Part shown: one piece after another, positions 35,888 through 45,894 of the stretch
Layout: each line of letters opens with the position of its first letter
How positions within the stretch are numbered: position 1 is the stretch's first letter
Assembly: GCA_900553785.1 (NCBI GenBank)
Contig: USES01000003.1
Location: 53-64,052, forward strand
Reading direction: 5' to 3'
Length of the DNA: 64,000 nt
Source of the DNA: an uncultured Clostridium sp.
GTDB lineage: Bacteria; Bacillota; Clostridia; TANB77; CAG-465
Notes under the pieces: generated by a model
Databases searched by the model: none
What the model was told of the DNA's origin: nothing
What the model saw: the letters and a program-made list of their open reading frames with translations, nothing else
Translations under genes and position numbers: made by a program

Positions 35888-38572
35888 ATGAAACTCCTAA
35901 ATATATTAACATATAACAATTTAAAACTTAATAAGAAAAGAACTGTAATCGGTATAATTGGAATATTACTTGCAGTTGCACTTCTTACTGCAGTATCAAC
36001 TTTTGCAATGAGCGCCAAAGATTCACTTGTTGAATTTGAGAAAAAAGCAGAGGGAAACTTTCACTATGAGTTTGAAGGCGTAAATGCAGATGAACTTGGA
36101 ACGTTTGAAAATAACCGTAATATCGAAAGTTATTTTTATACTAAAGATTTGGGTTATGCTAAATTAGAAAACTGTCAAAATGATTACAAACCTTATGCAT
36201 ACGTTACAGCATATGATGCAAAAGGACTAGAAGAATTAAAAGTAAATTTGGTAGAAGGAAGATTACCTCAAAATGAGAATGAAATATTAATGCCAACACA
36301 TGTAGTAACGAATGGGAGACTAGATATTAAAGTCGGGGATACTATTACATTAAATATTGGAAAAAGAATGAGCGAAGATTTTGAACTTAACCAAGGGAAT
36401 CCATTTCATGATGAAAATGACGAAAGAATTATAGACACAACTACTCATACATATAAAATAGTGGGAATGATTGAAAGACCTGGTAAAATTATAGAACCAA
36501 ATTCCGCTCCTGGCTATACTTTTATAACTACTCAAAGTAAATTTGATGGTAATATTACTGTATTTGTAAGATTTACAAAAAAGGCACTTAAAGATTTAGA
36601 TAGTGTAGTTCCAGCTGTGCTTGGTGTAGATAAAGAAGCATATAAGATATACTTTAATTTCAACAAGTATTATAACTTGGAAGATTACAGCATGGAAGAG
36701 CGTACAGAGTTGCTCGAGAAGGCAGGAAAAGAAATTGAAAAGGCCAAATATGATTTTACAGATAACAATAGACTTATAGCTTTAGAAGGTATGCCACTAG
36801 ATGATGCTATGATAAAGAGCCTTTTTGCAGTAGCTGTAATAGTTACTTTAATAATTATAACGTCATCTGTATTTTGTATTAGAAACCTATTTTTAATTTC
36901 AACAACAGAAAAAGTAAAACAATATGGTGTACTTGCAAGTGTTGGAGCAACAAGAAAACAAATCAAAAAGAGTGTATTATTTGAGGCCTTACTTATGGGA
37001 CTTGTTGGAATACCACTAGGGTTAATATTAGGACTACTTGCAACATTTATACTAATAAAAGTATGTAATTGGTTTTTAGTAGATTTATCTTCAATATTTA
37101 ATTTAACTTTAATATTTAATGTATCACCATGGGCAATAATAATATCTGTGATTTTAAGCATAATTACAATATATTTATCAGCATTAAAAAGTGCACGTAT
37201 GGCAGCTCGTCTTGCTCCACTTGATGCAATAAGAAGTACGGCAGATATAAAGGTAGATTATAAAAAAGTTAAATGCCCTAAAATTATATCTAAAATATTT
37301 AAAATTGGTGGAACAATCTCATATAAAAATATGAAGAGAAATAAGAAAAAGTATAAAACCGCAATAGTATCAATATTCTTATGTGTGGCAACATTTATAC
37401 CTCTATCATATTTTGTATCGCTTACATTTAGCATTACACGTATGGCGTATAAAGAGTTTTCTTATGATATGTGTGTATTTGATAAATCTGGAGACAAAAA
37501 AGGTTTTGAAGAAAAGTTAAATGAGATAGCAAGACTTGATGAAGTAAAGGGCTATTCTATAGTTAGTAACACAGCATTTTTAATTGAAGACCAAAAATAC
37601 TTAACTGAAGACTATATAAATTTTAGAGGGCCTAATTACTCTATATCTCAAGAAGATTCGGATATAGATAAACAATACTATTCAATGGAATTTGTAGCTC
37701 TAGATGATAGAAGTTATGTGTCTTACGTAAAATCTTTGGGACTTGATGTATCTAAAACAAAAGACAAAGTAATTCTATTAAATAAGTATAGTGGAATGGC
37801 ATATAACAAAGAAAAAGGGAGTACAGATATGGCTGAAATAGACATTTTGAATGTGACTGCAAATAGTACAGTTAAAGGATACTTTATGGAAAATGGCCTG
37901 GATAAAGAGTTAGATATTACTATAGCTGCTATTACGGATAAAAAGCCTATTGCAGAAGTTAGCACAAGTTCAGCTACAATGATAGTAAACATGGAATACT
38001 TTAGTAGTTTAGTTGAAAATAACGGTGGTTATGGAAAAAAATTATATATTTCAACAGATAAAAATATGGCTTTAGGTGAAGAGATTGAAGAGATACTTAA
38101 AGGATATGACTATGGAATAGATGATATAAAAGAGCAGGCACAGGCAATGAAGTCAATATTTACTATTATTGCAATTTTCATGTATGGTTTCATAACTGTA
38201 ATTGCATTAATTGGTATTACTAATATTGTAAATACACTAAATACAAGTATGGAATTAAGAAGTAGAGAATTTGCCACTCTTAAGAGTTTGGGTATGACAT
38301 CAAATGAATTTAGTAGTATGGTAAATTTAGAGAGTATATTTATTGGAACTAAAGCGTTAGTATTTGGTGTACCAATTGGGCTGGTATTATCTTATTTGTT
38401 AAACAAAGTACTTACAAATGGTTCATTTACAATAGCATTTAACCCACCTATACTTGCTACACTTGGTGCAGTTGTATTTGTATATGCATTGCTTCTTCTA
38501 ATAATGCACTACGCAATAAAGAAAGTAAATAAGAAAAACATTATAGATACTATACGAAATGAGAATATATAA
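35888..38572 (+). CDS. ABC transporter permease with two FtsX/MacB-type modules (894 aa)
   Basis: Two copies of the same module: one TM, a large extracytoplasmic domain, then three TMs. FtsX-like segments around SVGATRKQIKKSVLFEALLMG and LKSLGMTSNEFSSMVNLESIF. Confidence 0.8.
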   Translation: MKLLNILTYNNLKLNKKRTVIGIIGILLAVALLTAVSTFAMSAKDSLVEFEKKAEGNFHYEFEGVNADELGTFENNRNIESYFYTKDLGYAKLENCQNDYKPYAYVTAYDAKGLEELKVNLVEGRLPQNENEILMPTHVVTNGRLDIKVGDTITLNIGKRMSEDFELNQGNPFHDENDERIIDTTTHTYKIVGMIERPGKIIEPNSAPGYTFITTQSKFDGNITVFVRFTKKALKDLDSVVPAVLGVDKEAYKIYFNFNKYYNLEDYSMEERTELLEKAGKEIEKAKYDFTDNNRLIALEGMPLDDAMIKSLFAVAVIVTLIIITSSVFCIRNLFLISTTEKVKQYGVLASVGATRKQIKKSVLFEALLMGLVGIPLGLILGLLATFILIKVCNWFLVDLSSIFNLTLIFNVSPWAIIISVILSIITIYLSALKSARMAARLAPLDAIRSTADIKVDYKKVKCPKIISKIFKIGGTISYKNMKRNKKKYKTAIVSIFLCVATFIPLSYFVSLTFSITRMAYKEFSYDMCVFDKSGDKKGFEEKLNEIARLDEVKGYSIVSNTAFLIEDQKYLTEDYINFRGPNYSISQEDSDIDKQYYSMEFVALDDRSYVSYVKSLGLDVSKTKDKVILLNKYSGMAYNKEKGSTDMAEIDILNVTANSTVKGYFMENGLDKELDITIAAITDKKPIAEVSTSSATMIVNMEYFSSLVENNGGYGKKLYISTDKNMALGEEIEEILKGYDYGIDDIKEQAQAMKSIFTIIAIFMYGFITVIALIGITNIVNTLNTSMELRSREFATLKSLGMTSNEFSSMVNLESIFIGTKALVFGVPIGLVLSYLLNKVLTNGSFTIAFNPPILATLGAVVFVYALLLLIMHYAIKKVNKKNIIDTIRNENI

Positions 38573-38578
38573 TAAATG

Positions 38579-38612
38579 CACGCCGTAAGGTATAAACTTG
38601 CGGTGTGTTTTT
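38579..38612 (+). terminator. Rho-independent terminator after the ABC operon
   Basis: 11-bp stem CACGCCGTAAG/CTTGCGGTGTG (two G-U pairs) followed by TTTTT. Confidence 0.6.
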
Positions 38613-38656
38613 GATTTACTCCTTAATTTATGGTAAAATATACGAGGTGAGAATAA

Positions 38657-39307
38657 ATGAGAATAATGCTTGTAGAGGACAATTCAACTATTGCTAAGGG
38701 GCTACATTATACATTTGAACAAAATGGATATGAATGTGTTATTGCTTCATGTGTAAAAGATGCAAAAGATATAATTGAAAAATACAGTATTGACCTTGTA
38801 GTACTAGATGTGTCACTTCCTGATGGCAATGGGTTTGAACTGTACAAAGAATATATAAAACCTAAAAAAATTGCAACTATATTTTTGACTGCAAAAGATA
38901 CGGAAGATGATATAGTGAAAGGATTTGAATTAGGTGCAGAAGATTATATTACAAAACCTTTTTCTACTAGAGAGCTTTTAGCAAGAATTAATAGAATTAA
39001 AGTTAATGGCAAGAAAAATATAATAAAAGTTAAGGACATTTCTTTAGATATGGATAAAATGCAGGTATATAAAAATGGAACGGAAATAACTCTCACAAGC
39101 CTTGAACTTAAAATATTGCATTTGTTATTTTTAAATTTGAACAAAGTTGTAACGCGTGATTATTTAATTGAGAGTATTTGGAATTGGACTGGAAATGATG
39201 TAAGTGATAACACTATTACGGTGTATTTAAAACGAATTAGAGAAAAGCTTGGGGAGAATATTATTGTTACAGTTAAAGGAATTGGGTATAGAATAGATGA
39301 AAGTTAA
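38657..39307 (+). CDS. OmpR/PhoB-family response regulator
   Basis: Receiver domain (MLVEDN, DLVVLDVSLPDGNG, TAKD). Winged-helix C-terminus (LTSLELKILHLLF...ITVYLKRIREKL...GIGYRI). Confidence 0.9.
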   Translation: MRIMLVEDNSTIAKGLHYTFEQNGYECVIASCVKDAKDIIEKYSIDLVVLDVSLPDGNGFELYKEYIKPKKIATIFLTAKDTEDDIVKGFELGAEDYITKPFSTRELLARINRIKVNGKKNIIKVKDISLDMDKMQVYKNGTEITLTSLELKILHLLFLNLNKVVTRDYLIESIWNWTGNDVSDNTITVYLKRIREKLGENIIVTVKGIGYRIDES

Positions 39308-40496
39308 AAAATTATTAGTAATTTTTACAATAATAATTGTGGCATATTTGGTATGTTCAAATCTTGTATATATGTCTTTCGTAAATGAATATAAAAAGAA
39401 TCAAAATGAAGTGTTAAATGCTATTTTGTATAAAGTGACTGAAAAGTATCCTGATATAACGCAAGATGAATTGATGAGTATATTGAATAGTAATGAGTTT
39501 TATGAGCCAAATGTATTAGAAAACTATGGTATAAATCTTAATGACGATTTTGTTATACTAAAAAATCATGAAAATGCTAAGATGTTTTTTGCTATAAACA
39601 ATTGCGTTATATGTGCTATGATTATAGCAATTGTGTTGCTATGGATAAGTTACTATAAAGGTGAACAAAAACGAATTACAGATGTTACTAGGTGTTTAGA
39701 GAGAATAAATAATAGAGATTATGGTATAGATATAGAGGACAATGTTGAAGATGAGTTGTCTATACTAAAAAATGAGTTGTATAAAACTGCTATCATGTTA
39801 AGAGAGCATGCTGAAAACTCTGTTAAGGATAAAAAGAATATTAAGGTATCTTTAGAGGATATCTCACACCAACTTAAAACCCCTTTAACATCAATTAATA
39901 TATTACTGGATAATATATTAGATAACCCGGAAATACCAAATGAAGTAATGCTAGATTTTATTAAAGATATAAAAAAGGAAGTTGTTAAAATAAATTTCCT
40001 TATAGGCAATTTGCTAAAACTATCTAGATTTGATGTAAATGCAGTGCATATGGTAAATGATGCAAATAATTTAAAAGATATTATAGAGACGTCAGTTAAA
40101 AATGTTGCAGTACTTTGTGATTTAAAAGGTGTAAGAATTGAATGTAATGCAAAAAACATTGTTTTAAACTGTGATTTTAATTGGCAAGTAGAAGCTTTAA
40201 CTAATATTATTAAAAATTGTGTTGAGCATTCTTTTGAAGGTGGAGTAGTTACAATTAATACGAGTGAAAATAAAATATACACATTGGTTGAGATAAAAGA
40301 CAATGGATGTGGAATAGCTAGAGAAGATTTGCCGCATATTTTTGATAGATTTTATAGGGGAAAAAATTCAGATAAAGAAAGTGTTGGAATTGGACTTGCA
40401 CTTGCAAAAAGCATTATTGAAAAAAGTGGTGGCAAAATAGATGTTAAGTCCAGTCTTGGCGAGTACACTAGGTTTGAGATAAGATACTTTAAATAG
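39297..40496 (+). CDS. Sensor histidine kinase
   Basis: Two TMs flanking a loop of about 75 aa. H-box ISHQLKTPLTSI, N-box NIIKNCVEHS, G-boxes KDNGCGI and GIGLALAKS. Overlaps the response regulator stop. Confidence 0.9.
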   Translation: MKVKKLLVIFTIIIVAYLVCSNLVYMSFVNEYKKNQNEVLNAILYKVTEKYPDITQDELMSILNSNEFYEPNVLENYGINLNDDFVILKNHENAKMFFAINNCVICAMIIAIVLLWISYYKGEQKRITDVTRCLERINNRDYGIDIEDNVEDELSILKNELYKTAIMLREHAENSVKDKKNIKVSLEDISHQLKTPLTSINILLDNILDNPEIPNEVMLDFIKDIKKEVVKINFLIGNLLKLSRFDVNAVHMVNDANNLKDIIETSVKNVAVLCDLKGVRIECNAKNIVLNCDFNWQVEALTNIIKNCVEHSFEGGVVTINTSENKIYTLVEIKDNGCGIAREDLPHIFDRFYRGKNSDKESVGIGLALAKSIIEKSGGKIDVKSSLGEYTRFEIRYFK

Positions 40497-40508
40497 GAGG
40501 TGTTTGTT

Positions 40509-40919
40509 TTGACTGACGTTGTAATGAGTATAAAGCCAGTTCATGTTGCGAGGATAAAAAGCGGTGTGAAAAACCATGAGTTTAGGAAATATGTTCCAAG
40601 TAGAGGGGTGGACAGGCTATGGGTATACACGTCTTCTCCTGTTTGCGCATTAGAATATGTAGTAGGTATAGATAAAATAGTGGCGTATCCAGACAAAATA
40701 GTAGAAGAGGGGTATGGTAATACAGAGTTTAACATGGGAGAGAAAGAGGCACCTTATGCTTACCATATTAAGAGCTTATATAGACTTAAAAAGCCAATAC
40801 ATCTTGATGAGCTTCGAGAAAAGTATAAGTTCACGGCACCACAGAGTTTCTTTTATTTAGATAGCAATGTTAAGTTAAAGGAATATTTGGAAAGTGTGGA
40901 TGTAGAAAGGGTTATATAA
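40509..40919 (+). CDS. ASCH (PUA-like) domain protein
   Basis: SIKPVHVARIKSGVKNHEFRKY matches the ASCH N-terminal pattern. The start is ambiguous: TTG 40509 lies 8 nt after AGGAGG, with ATG 40524 and GTG 40500 as alternatives. Confidence 0.55.
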   Translation: MTDVVMSIKPVHVARIKSGVKNHEFRKYVPSRGVDRLWVYTSSPVCALEYVVGIDKIVAYPDKIVEEGYGNTEFNMGEKEAPYAYHIKSLYRLKKPIHLDELREKYKFTAPQSFFYLDSNVKLKEYLESVDVERVI

Positions 40920-41235
40920 AATGGAATGCAGAGAATATTTTTTACACTTATAACCAGACGAATTTAAATAATAAAATGCATAAAAGAAAGATATATCAAG
41001 TGAGAATAGGCTCTCTTGATATTTTTTATGAATAAAAAGGACGGTTAGACAGCGGAAAATGTTATTGCAAAATATGGAAAAAGTCGAAAATGTGGTATAA
41101 TTGACACAATAAAATAAGAATGGTTAAGGAGAGAAAAAATACTGGCATAAGAAATAAAAAATCATATTGCTCGTTGGACAAAAGAAAAAACATTTATAAA
41201 CAAAGTGAAGTTAAAAATTGAGAGGTTCACAAGAT

Positions 41236-41589
41236 ATGAAGAAAACAGTTAAATATTTATTAATTGTAACAAGCATTGCTCTAATAGTTATTAATATATA
41301 TGTAATAATTAATGCAGAGCAATTATTAAGCGATGATTTTACACTATTTAAAAAAATAATCCCAGAGATTCTTTTGAAAAGAAGATTGGAATTATTTGCA
41401 AAAGGTGGCGTAAGAGGTATTTGTGTTGGAGCAGGGTTTGCTATAGTTACAAGCATATTATCAATATACATGATTGCCAAAAATCAAATCAATAGTAGGA
41501 TAAAAATTGATTTTTTAATGTTTTTAACTTTATTTTCTTTTTTGTATCAAGAAACGTTTATGCCATTATTCTATTACTTATTAATTTAA
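41236..41589 (+). CDS. Hypothetical small membrane protein
   Basis: The ATG at 41236 (residue 7 of the ORF-track product) follows GAGAGG. Three or four hydrophobic helices. Confidence 0.4.
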   Translation: MKKTVKYLLIVTSIALIVINIYVIINAEQLLSDDFTLFKKIIPEILLKRRLELFAKGGVRGICVGAGFAIVTSILSIYMIAKNQINSRIKIDFLMFLTLFSFLYQETFMPLFYYLLI

Positions 41590-41722
41590 TATTACTTTTT
41601 TTACAAGAAAAAGAGTAATATGTGAGAATGAAGAATATATTGGAGAGATTCCAAAAATAAAGAGACTAAAGCCAACTATTAAAGAGATAATTTGTAGTAT
41701 CATATTAGTAATAATTTACTTT

Positions 41723-42313
41723 GTGTTTTATTTATATCAAGTAGGCTTTCCTGAAAGTGAAATTGAAAGAAAAATGTATATTATAATTGCAATAATTGTA
41801 ACATTTATTTGGGCGATTTTTTCTTTTAAAAGAGTATTAATAAGAGATAGTAAAATATTGTTTAAAAACTTTAAAGAGTATGGTAATTGTATTTTAAAAA
41901 CAGTAAAAAAATACATACTGTTTATTGTAATAATGTCAGTTGTTGCAATAACATTAACGAATCAAGTAACAAGTGTTAATCAAGAAGGCCTTGAGGAGAT
42001 GCCATTATTAAAAGTATTTATATTAGCGGTATTTTTTGCTCCTGTTGTTGAAGAAAATATTTTTAGAGGTACTTTAAGGTATTTTGTTAAAAATAAAATT
42101 GCATTTATAATAATATCAGGAATTATATTTGTTTTTTTACATGTCCTTTCTGAAGCCAATTTAATTAATGCGATATTAATGGCATCACAATATGTATTAA
42201 TTGGATGCATGCTGGCACATTTATATGTTAGGACTAATAATTTGGCAGTTAATATGTTTTTGCATATGCTAATAAATTCCTTAGGAGTAATTATGATGGC
42301 TATGTTTAGTTAA
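41723..42313 (+). CDS. CPBP family (CAAX/Abi-type) intramembrane glutamic endopeptidase
   Basis: EENIFRG (EExxxR) motif, FVFLHV (FxxxH) and HMLINS (HxxxN) motifs. The only start in frame is a GTG with no SD. The reading frame is open for a further 46 codons upstream. Confidence 0.65.
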   Translation: MFYLYQVGFPESEIERKMYIIIAIIVTFIWAIFSFKRVLIRDSKILFKNFKEYGNCILKTVKKYILFIVIMSVVAITLTNQVTSVNQEGLEEMPLLKVFILAVFFAPVVEENIFRGTLRYFVKNKIAFIIISGIIFVFLHVLSEANLINAILMASQYVLIGCMLAHLYVRTNNLAVNMFLHMLINSLGVIMMAMFS

Positions 42314-42519
42314 AAGCCAAGTTAATAAATGAAGTATGTGACTTTAACTTTAATAATTTACAATTATTTATTAATACAATAGCTTTTTTAAAACTTTATA
42401 GTAGTAAATTAATAGATTCTTATCAAAAGGATTTTTAAGTAAAATAACTGGAAAATATAGTAAAATTTGTCGTTGTATGGTATATTAAACTTGTATTTTA
42501 CGAAAGATAAGGAGAATAT

Positions 42520-44859
42520 ATGCTAAGTTATAAAATTCAAAAACTATTGAATCAAAACAGATACATATCTAAAGCTGAAATGTATGCATATTTAGAACTT
42601 TGTGGACTAAAGACTAATGATGAACTTTGTATTTTATTAAATAAGCACAATGAAAAATATATAAAAGAAGAGTTAGATAAAAACAAAGAATATTTCGATC
42701 ATCTATATGATAATACCAACTCTAACGTTATTTTAGACGAAGAGCAAAGAAAAGCAATATTATTTGATGATAGTTATGCTTTAATTAACGCTGGTGCGGG
42801 CTCTGGGAAAAGTACTACAATTGCAGCAAAAGCAAAATATTTAGTAGATAAAAAAGGTGTGTTGCCAGAGGAAATTTGTATGTTATCATATACTAAAACT
42901 TCAGCAGATGATTTAGGAGAAAAGGTTTCTGAACTTGTTGGGGACAAAGTAAATGTTGCAACATTTCATTCACTTGGTATGAATATTCTAAGAAATCTGT
43001 ATGATTATCCAGTTAAGGTGGCATCAGAAACTATACAAAACGAAATAATAACACAGTACATTATAGATAAATTTAGAGATAAGAATGAAATTAAAAAGAT
43101 ATTGGATGCATTTCCACCACTTGAACACGGCAAAGATTATCCTGCGACATATTTCTTTTTTAAAGGATTTGTAAACAATTATGATAAATTTGATACGTTT
43201 GAGGAATATTTTGCAGATTATAAAAAGAGAAAATTTGAAAAAGAAAGTAAAAGAACTGGTGGAATAAAGGAATACATAAAATTTAGAGCAGCATCAAACA
43301 TGGAAAATATGAAAGATTTGCTAGGGAAAAAGTGTAAATCAATTGGTGAGGTTAAAATTTCAAATTATCTTTACGCAAACGGTTTAAATTATACTTATGA
43401 AGAAATGTTGGAAGAAAAAGTAGACGAGGGAAAATCCTATTCGCCAGATTTTGCGGTGTATGTGAATGGCAAGAAAATATATATTGAGTATTTCGGATTA
43501 TCTGGATGTTATAAAAACGGTGAAGAAATACCAAAAAAGATTATGCAGTATAACAAGGTTAGAAAGAAAAAAGAAAATTTTCAAAAGGTACATCCTGAAT
43601 ATAAATATATAAATTTAGACTACAGAAAAGAGAAAAATGGAGAAATTATATATTACTTAGATGATTTAAAATTACAGTTAGAGAGCCTTGGAATTAAATT
43701 AAAACCATTAGATGAAAAATATATTTTTAACGATATAATGGAACAAAATTTGAGTTCGGAGTTTTTCTTTTTTGTAAGCTTGATGGTAAAATTTGTGATG
43801 ACTGTAAAAGATATGTTATCAGATGATACTGATGCTTTATTTGAAGAAGTAAAGAAGAAAATAGATAAGGACAAGGTATATTTTAACTATTACAGTACAG
43901 ATGCTAAAGAAGAAAAAGAAAAAAGAAAGCAAGCAATTGATGTGCTAAAGGATATATATAATTATTATGAGGAATATCTTGTTAAAAATCATATGATAGA
44001 TTATTCTGATATGATAAATAAAACGTATAAGTATATTAGGACAAGTAGATGTAACGGGTACAAATTTAAGTATGTTATAGTTGATGAATATCAAGATATT
44101 ACATATCAAAGATACTTGTTTGTTAAGGCATTGGTAGATTATTATAATGCAAAATTGGTTTCTGTTGGAGATGATTGGCAATCTATATATTCTTTTCAAG
44201 GAGCAAAAGTGGATTTGTTTACAAGGTTTAATGATTATTTTGAAGATGCTAATAATACTCTTATGCTTAGTAATACACATAGATATTCGCAGGAACTTGC
44301 AGATATAACTTCAAAATTTGTTCAAAATAACAAGAAATTGAGCCGAAAAAAATTACTGTCAAATAAGCATATGGATAATCCGGTTGAGATAGTAAAGTTT
44401 GAAAAGGTATGTCAAGAATTTGAGATTATACAGGGATTAATTAAAAAATTATATACCGAAAATCCAAATAAAGAAATACTCTTGCTTGCAAGGAGAAACA
44501 GAGATATAGCAGATTTATTTGATAGTGGATTGTTTAAAAGTGGTGTAGATGATGAAGTACTTGTTAAAGAAGTACCAGACGCTAGGGTTAGGATACTTAC
44601 TATGCATAGTTCGAAGGGCGTTACGGCAGATCAAGTTATAATATATAGACTACATGAGAGAATATTTCCATCAAAGGGGTTGAAATCTCATTGGATATTC
44701 AATTATTTTAAAACGGATACTTTGGATAGAAATTCCAAAAGAGAAGAAGAGGCAAGACTTTTTTATGTTGCACTAACAAGGACAAGAACAAAAGTATATT
44801 TAGTTGTGCCAAACGGTGAGAGTGCAACGAGCTTTGTTAAAGAACTGGAAATCAAATAG
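42520..44859 (+). CDS. UvrD/Rep-family SF1 helicase (helicase IV-like) with an embedded PD-(D/E)xK-like nuclease module
   Basis: Motif I NAGAGSGKST, motif II VDEYQDI, motif III VGDDWQSIYSFQGA, motif V/VI TMHSSKGVTADQV and FYVALTRTRTKV. Between motifs Ia and II lies an insert of about 60 aa: IGEVKISNYLYANGLNYTYE...YSPDFAVYVNGKKIYIEYFG. Confidence 0.75.
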   Translation: MLSYKIQKLLNQNRYISKAEMYAYLELCGLKTNDELCILLNKHNEKYIKEELDKNKEYFDHLYDNTNSNVILDEEQRKAILFDDSYALINAGAGSGKSTTIAAKAKYLVDKKGVLPEEICMLSYTKTSADDLGEKVSELVGDKVNVATFHSLGMNILRNLYDYPVKVASETIQNEIITQYIIDKFRDKNEIKKILDAFPPLEHGKDYPATYFFFKGFVNNYDKFDTFEEYFADYKKRKFEKESKRTGGIKEYIKFRAASNMENMKDLLGKKCKSIGEVKISNYLYANGLNYTYEEMLEEKVDEGKSYSPDFAVYVNGKKIYIEYFGLSGCYKNGEEIPKKIMQYNKVRKKKENFQKVHPEYKYINLDYRKEKNGEIIYYLDDLKLQLESLGIKLKPLDEKYIFNDIMEQNLSSEFFFFVSLMVKFVMTVKDMLSDDTDALFEEVKKKIDKDKVYFNYYSTDAKEEKEKRKQAIDVLKDIYNYYEEYLVKNHMIDYSDMINKTYKYIRTSRCNGYKFKYVIVDEYQDITYQRYLFVKALVDYYNAKLVSVGDDWQSIYSFQGAKVDLFTRFNDYFEDANNTLMLSNTHRYSQELADITSKFVQNNKKLSRKKLLSNKHMDNPVEIVKFEKVCQEFEIIQGLIKKLYTENPNKEILLLARRNRDIADLFDSGLFKSGVDDEVLVKEVPDARVRILTMHSSKGVTADQVIIYRLHERIFPSKGLKSHWIFNYFKTDTLDRNSKREEEARLFYVALTRTRTKVYLVVPNGESATSFVKELEIK

Positions 44860-44961
44860 TAATTCCGTTTTGGAATAGAAAATGTATAATTAAAAACAAA
44901 ACTTTCTTTTTTGGAAATGATGTGATATAATGATATTAGAGCCAGAAAGGAGAGTTTTATT

Positions 44962-45894
44962 ATGTTAGGAGATAAAATTAAGTCATATAGAGAAAATAAA
45001 AAAATGACTCAAAACGATATTGCAGATGTATTAGATGTTAGTGCTGGTACAGTTTCAAAATATGAATCAGGTGCTTTAGAACCCAGTATTGAATCATTAA
45101 AAAGATTATCAAAATTATTTGGAATATCAATTGATGAATTATTAAATGACGCCAAAGAAAAATTTGATATTTCAAAAATAAATATATTAGACACACTTAG
45201 AGAACAAAAAGAGATGAAATTAAAAGGAAATTTATATCATCAAACGCAGGTTTCATTTGCATATAATACAAATCACATAGAGGGAAATACATTAACAGAA
45301 GATCAAACAAGATACATTTTTGAAACAAATACTATTTTATTTGAAAGTGATACAATTGCAAAAGTGGATGATATATTAGAAACATCTAATCACTTTAAAT
45401 TAGTTGATTATATGCTAGATGTAGCAGATAAAAAATTAACTGAAAAAATGATAAAGGAGTTTCATGAGATTTTGAAAGATGGGACTTCTGATAGTAGAGT
45501 CGAATGGTTCAATGTTGGAGAATACAAACAAAGATCTAATACAATAGGAAGTGGAGTTAAAACAACATCACCAAATAATGTTGAAAAAGATATGTTAAAG
45601 CTAGTGGATTGGTATAATACACTTAAACAAATAACTATAAAAGAAATAATTGAATTTCATTATAGATTTGAGAGTATACATCCGTTTCAAGATGGTAATG
45701 GCAGAATAGGAAGAATAATTATGTTTAAAGAATGTTTAAAGAATAATATTGTTCCGTTTATTATACAAGATGCAGATAAATTATTTTATTATAGAGGATT
45801 GAAAGAATACAAAAGTGAAAAGGGATATTTAACTGATACATGTTTAAATGCACAAGATCAGTACATTAAGCTGATAGAATATTATTTGAAATAA
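44962..45894 (+). CDS. XRE-type HTH domain fused to a Fic (AMPylase-type) domain
   Basis: N-terminal HTH (MTQNDIADVLDVSAGTVSKYESG). Fic motif HPFQDGNGRIGR. An upstream TNHIEGN matches the (S/T)xxxE(G/N) auto-inhibitory helix. Confidence 0.85.
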   Translation: MLGDKIKSYRENKKMTQNDIADVLDVSAGTVSKYESGALEPSIESLKRLSKLFGISIDELLNDAKEKFDISKINILDTLREQKEMKLKGNLYHQTQVSFAYNTNHIEGNTLTEDQTRYIFETNTILFESDTIAKVDDILETSNHFKLVDYMLDVADKKLTEKMIKEFHEILKDGTSDSRVEWFNVGEYKQRSNTIGSGVKTTSPNNVEKDMLKLVDWYNTLKQITIKEIIEFHYRFESIHPFQDGNGRIGRIIMFKECLKNNIVPFIIQDADKLFYYRGLKEYKSEKGYLTDTCLNAQDQYIKLIEYYLK

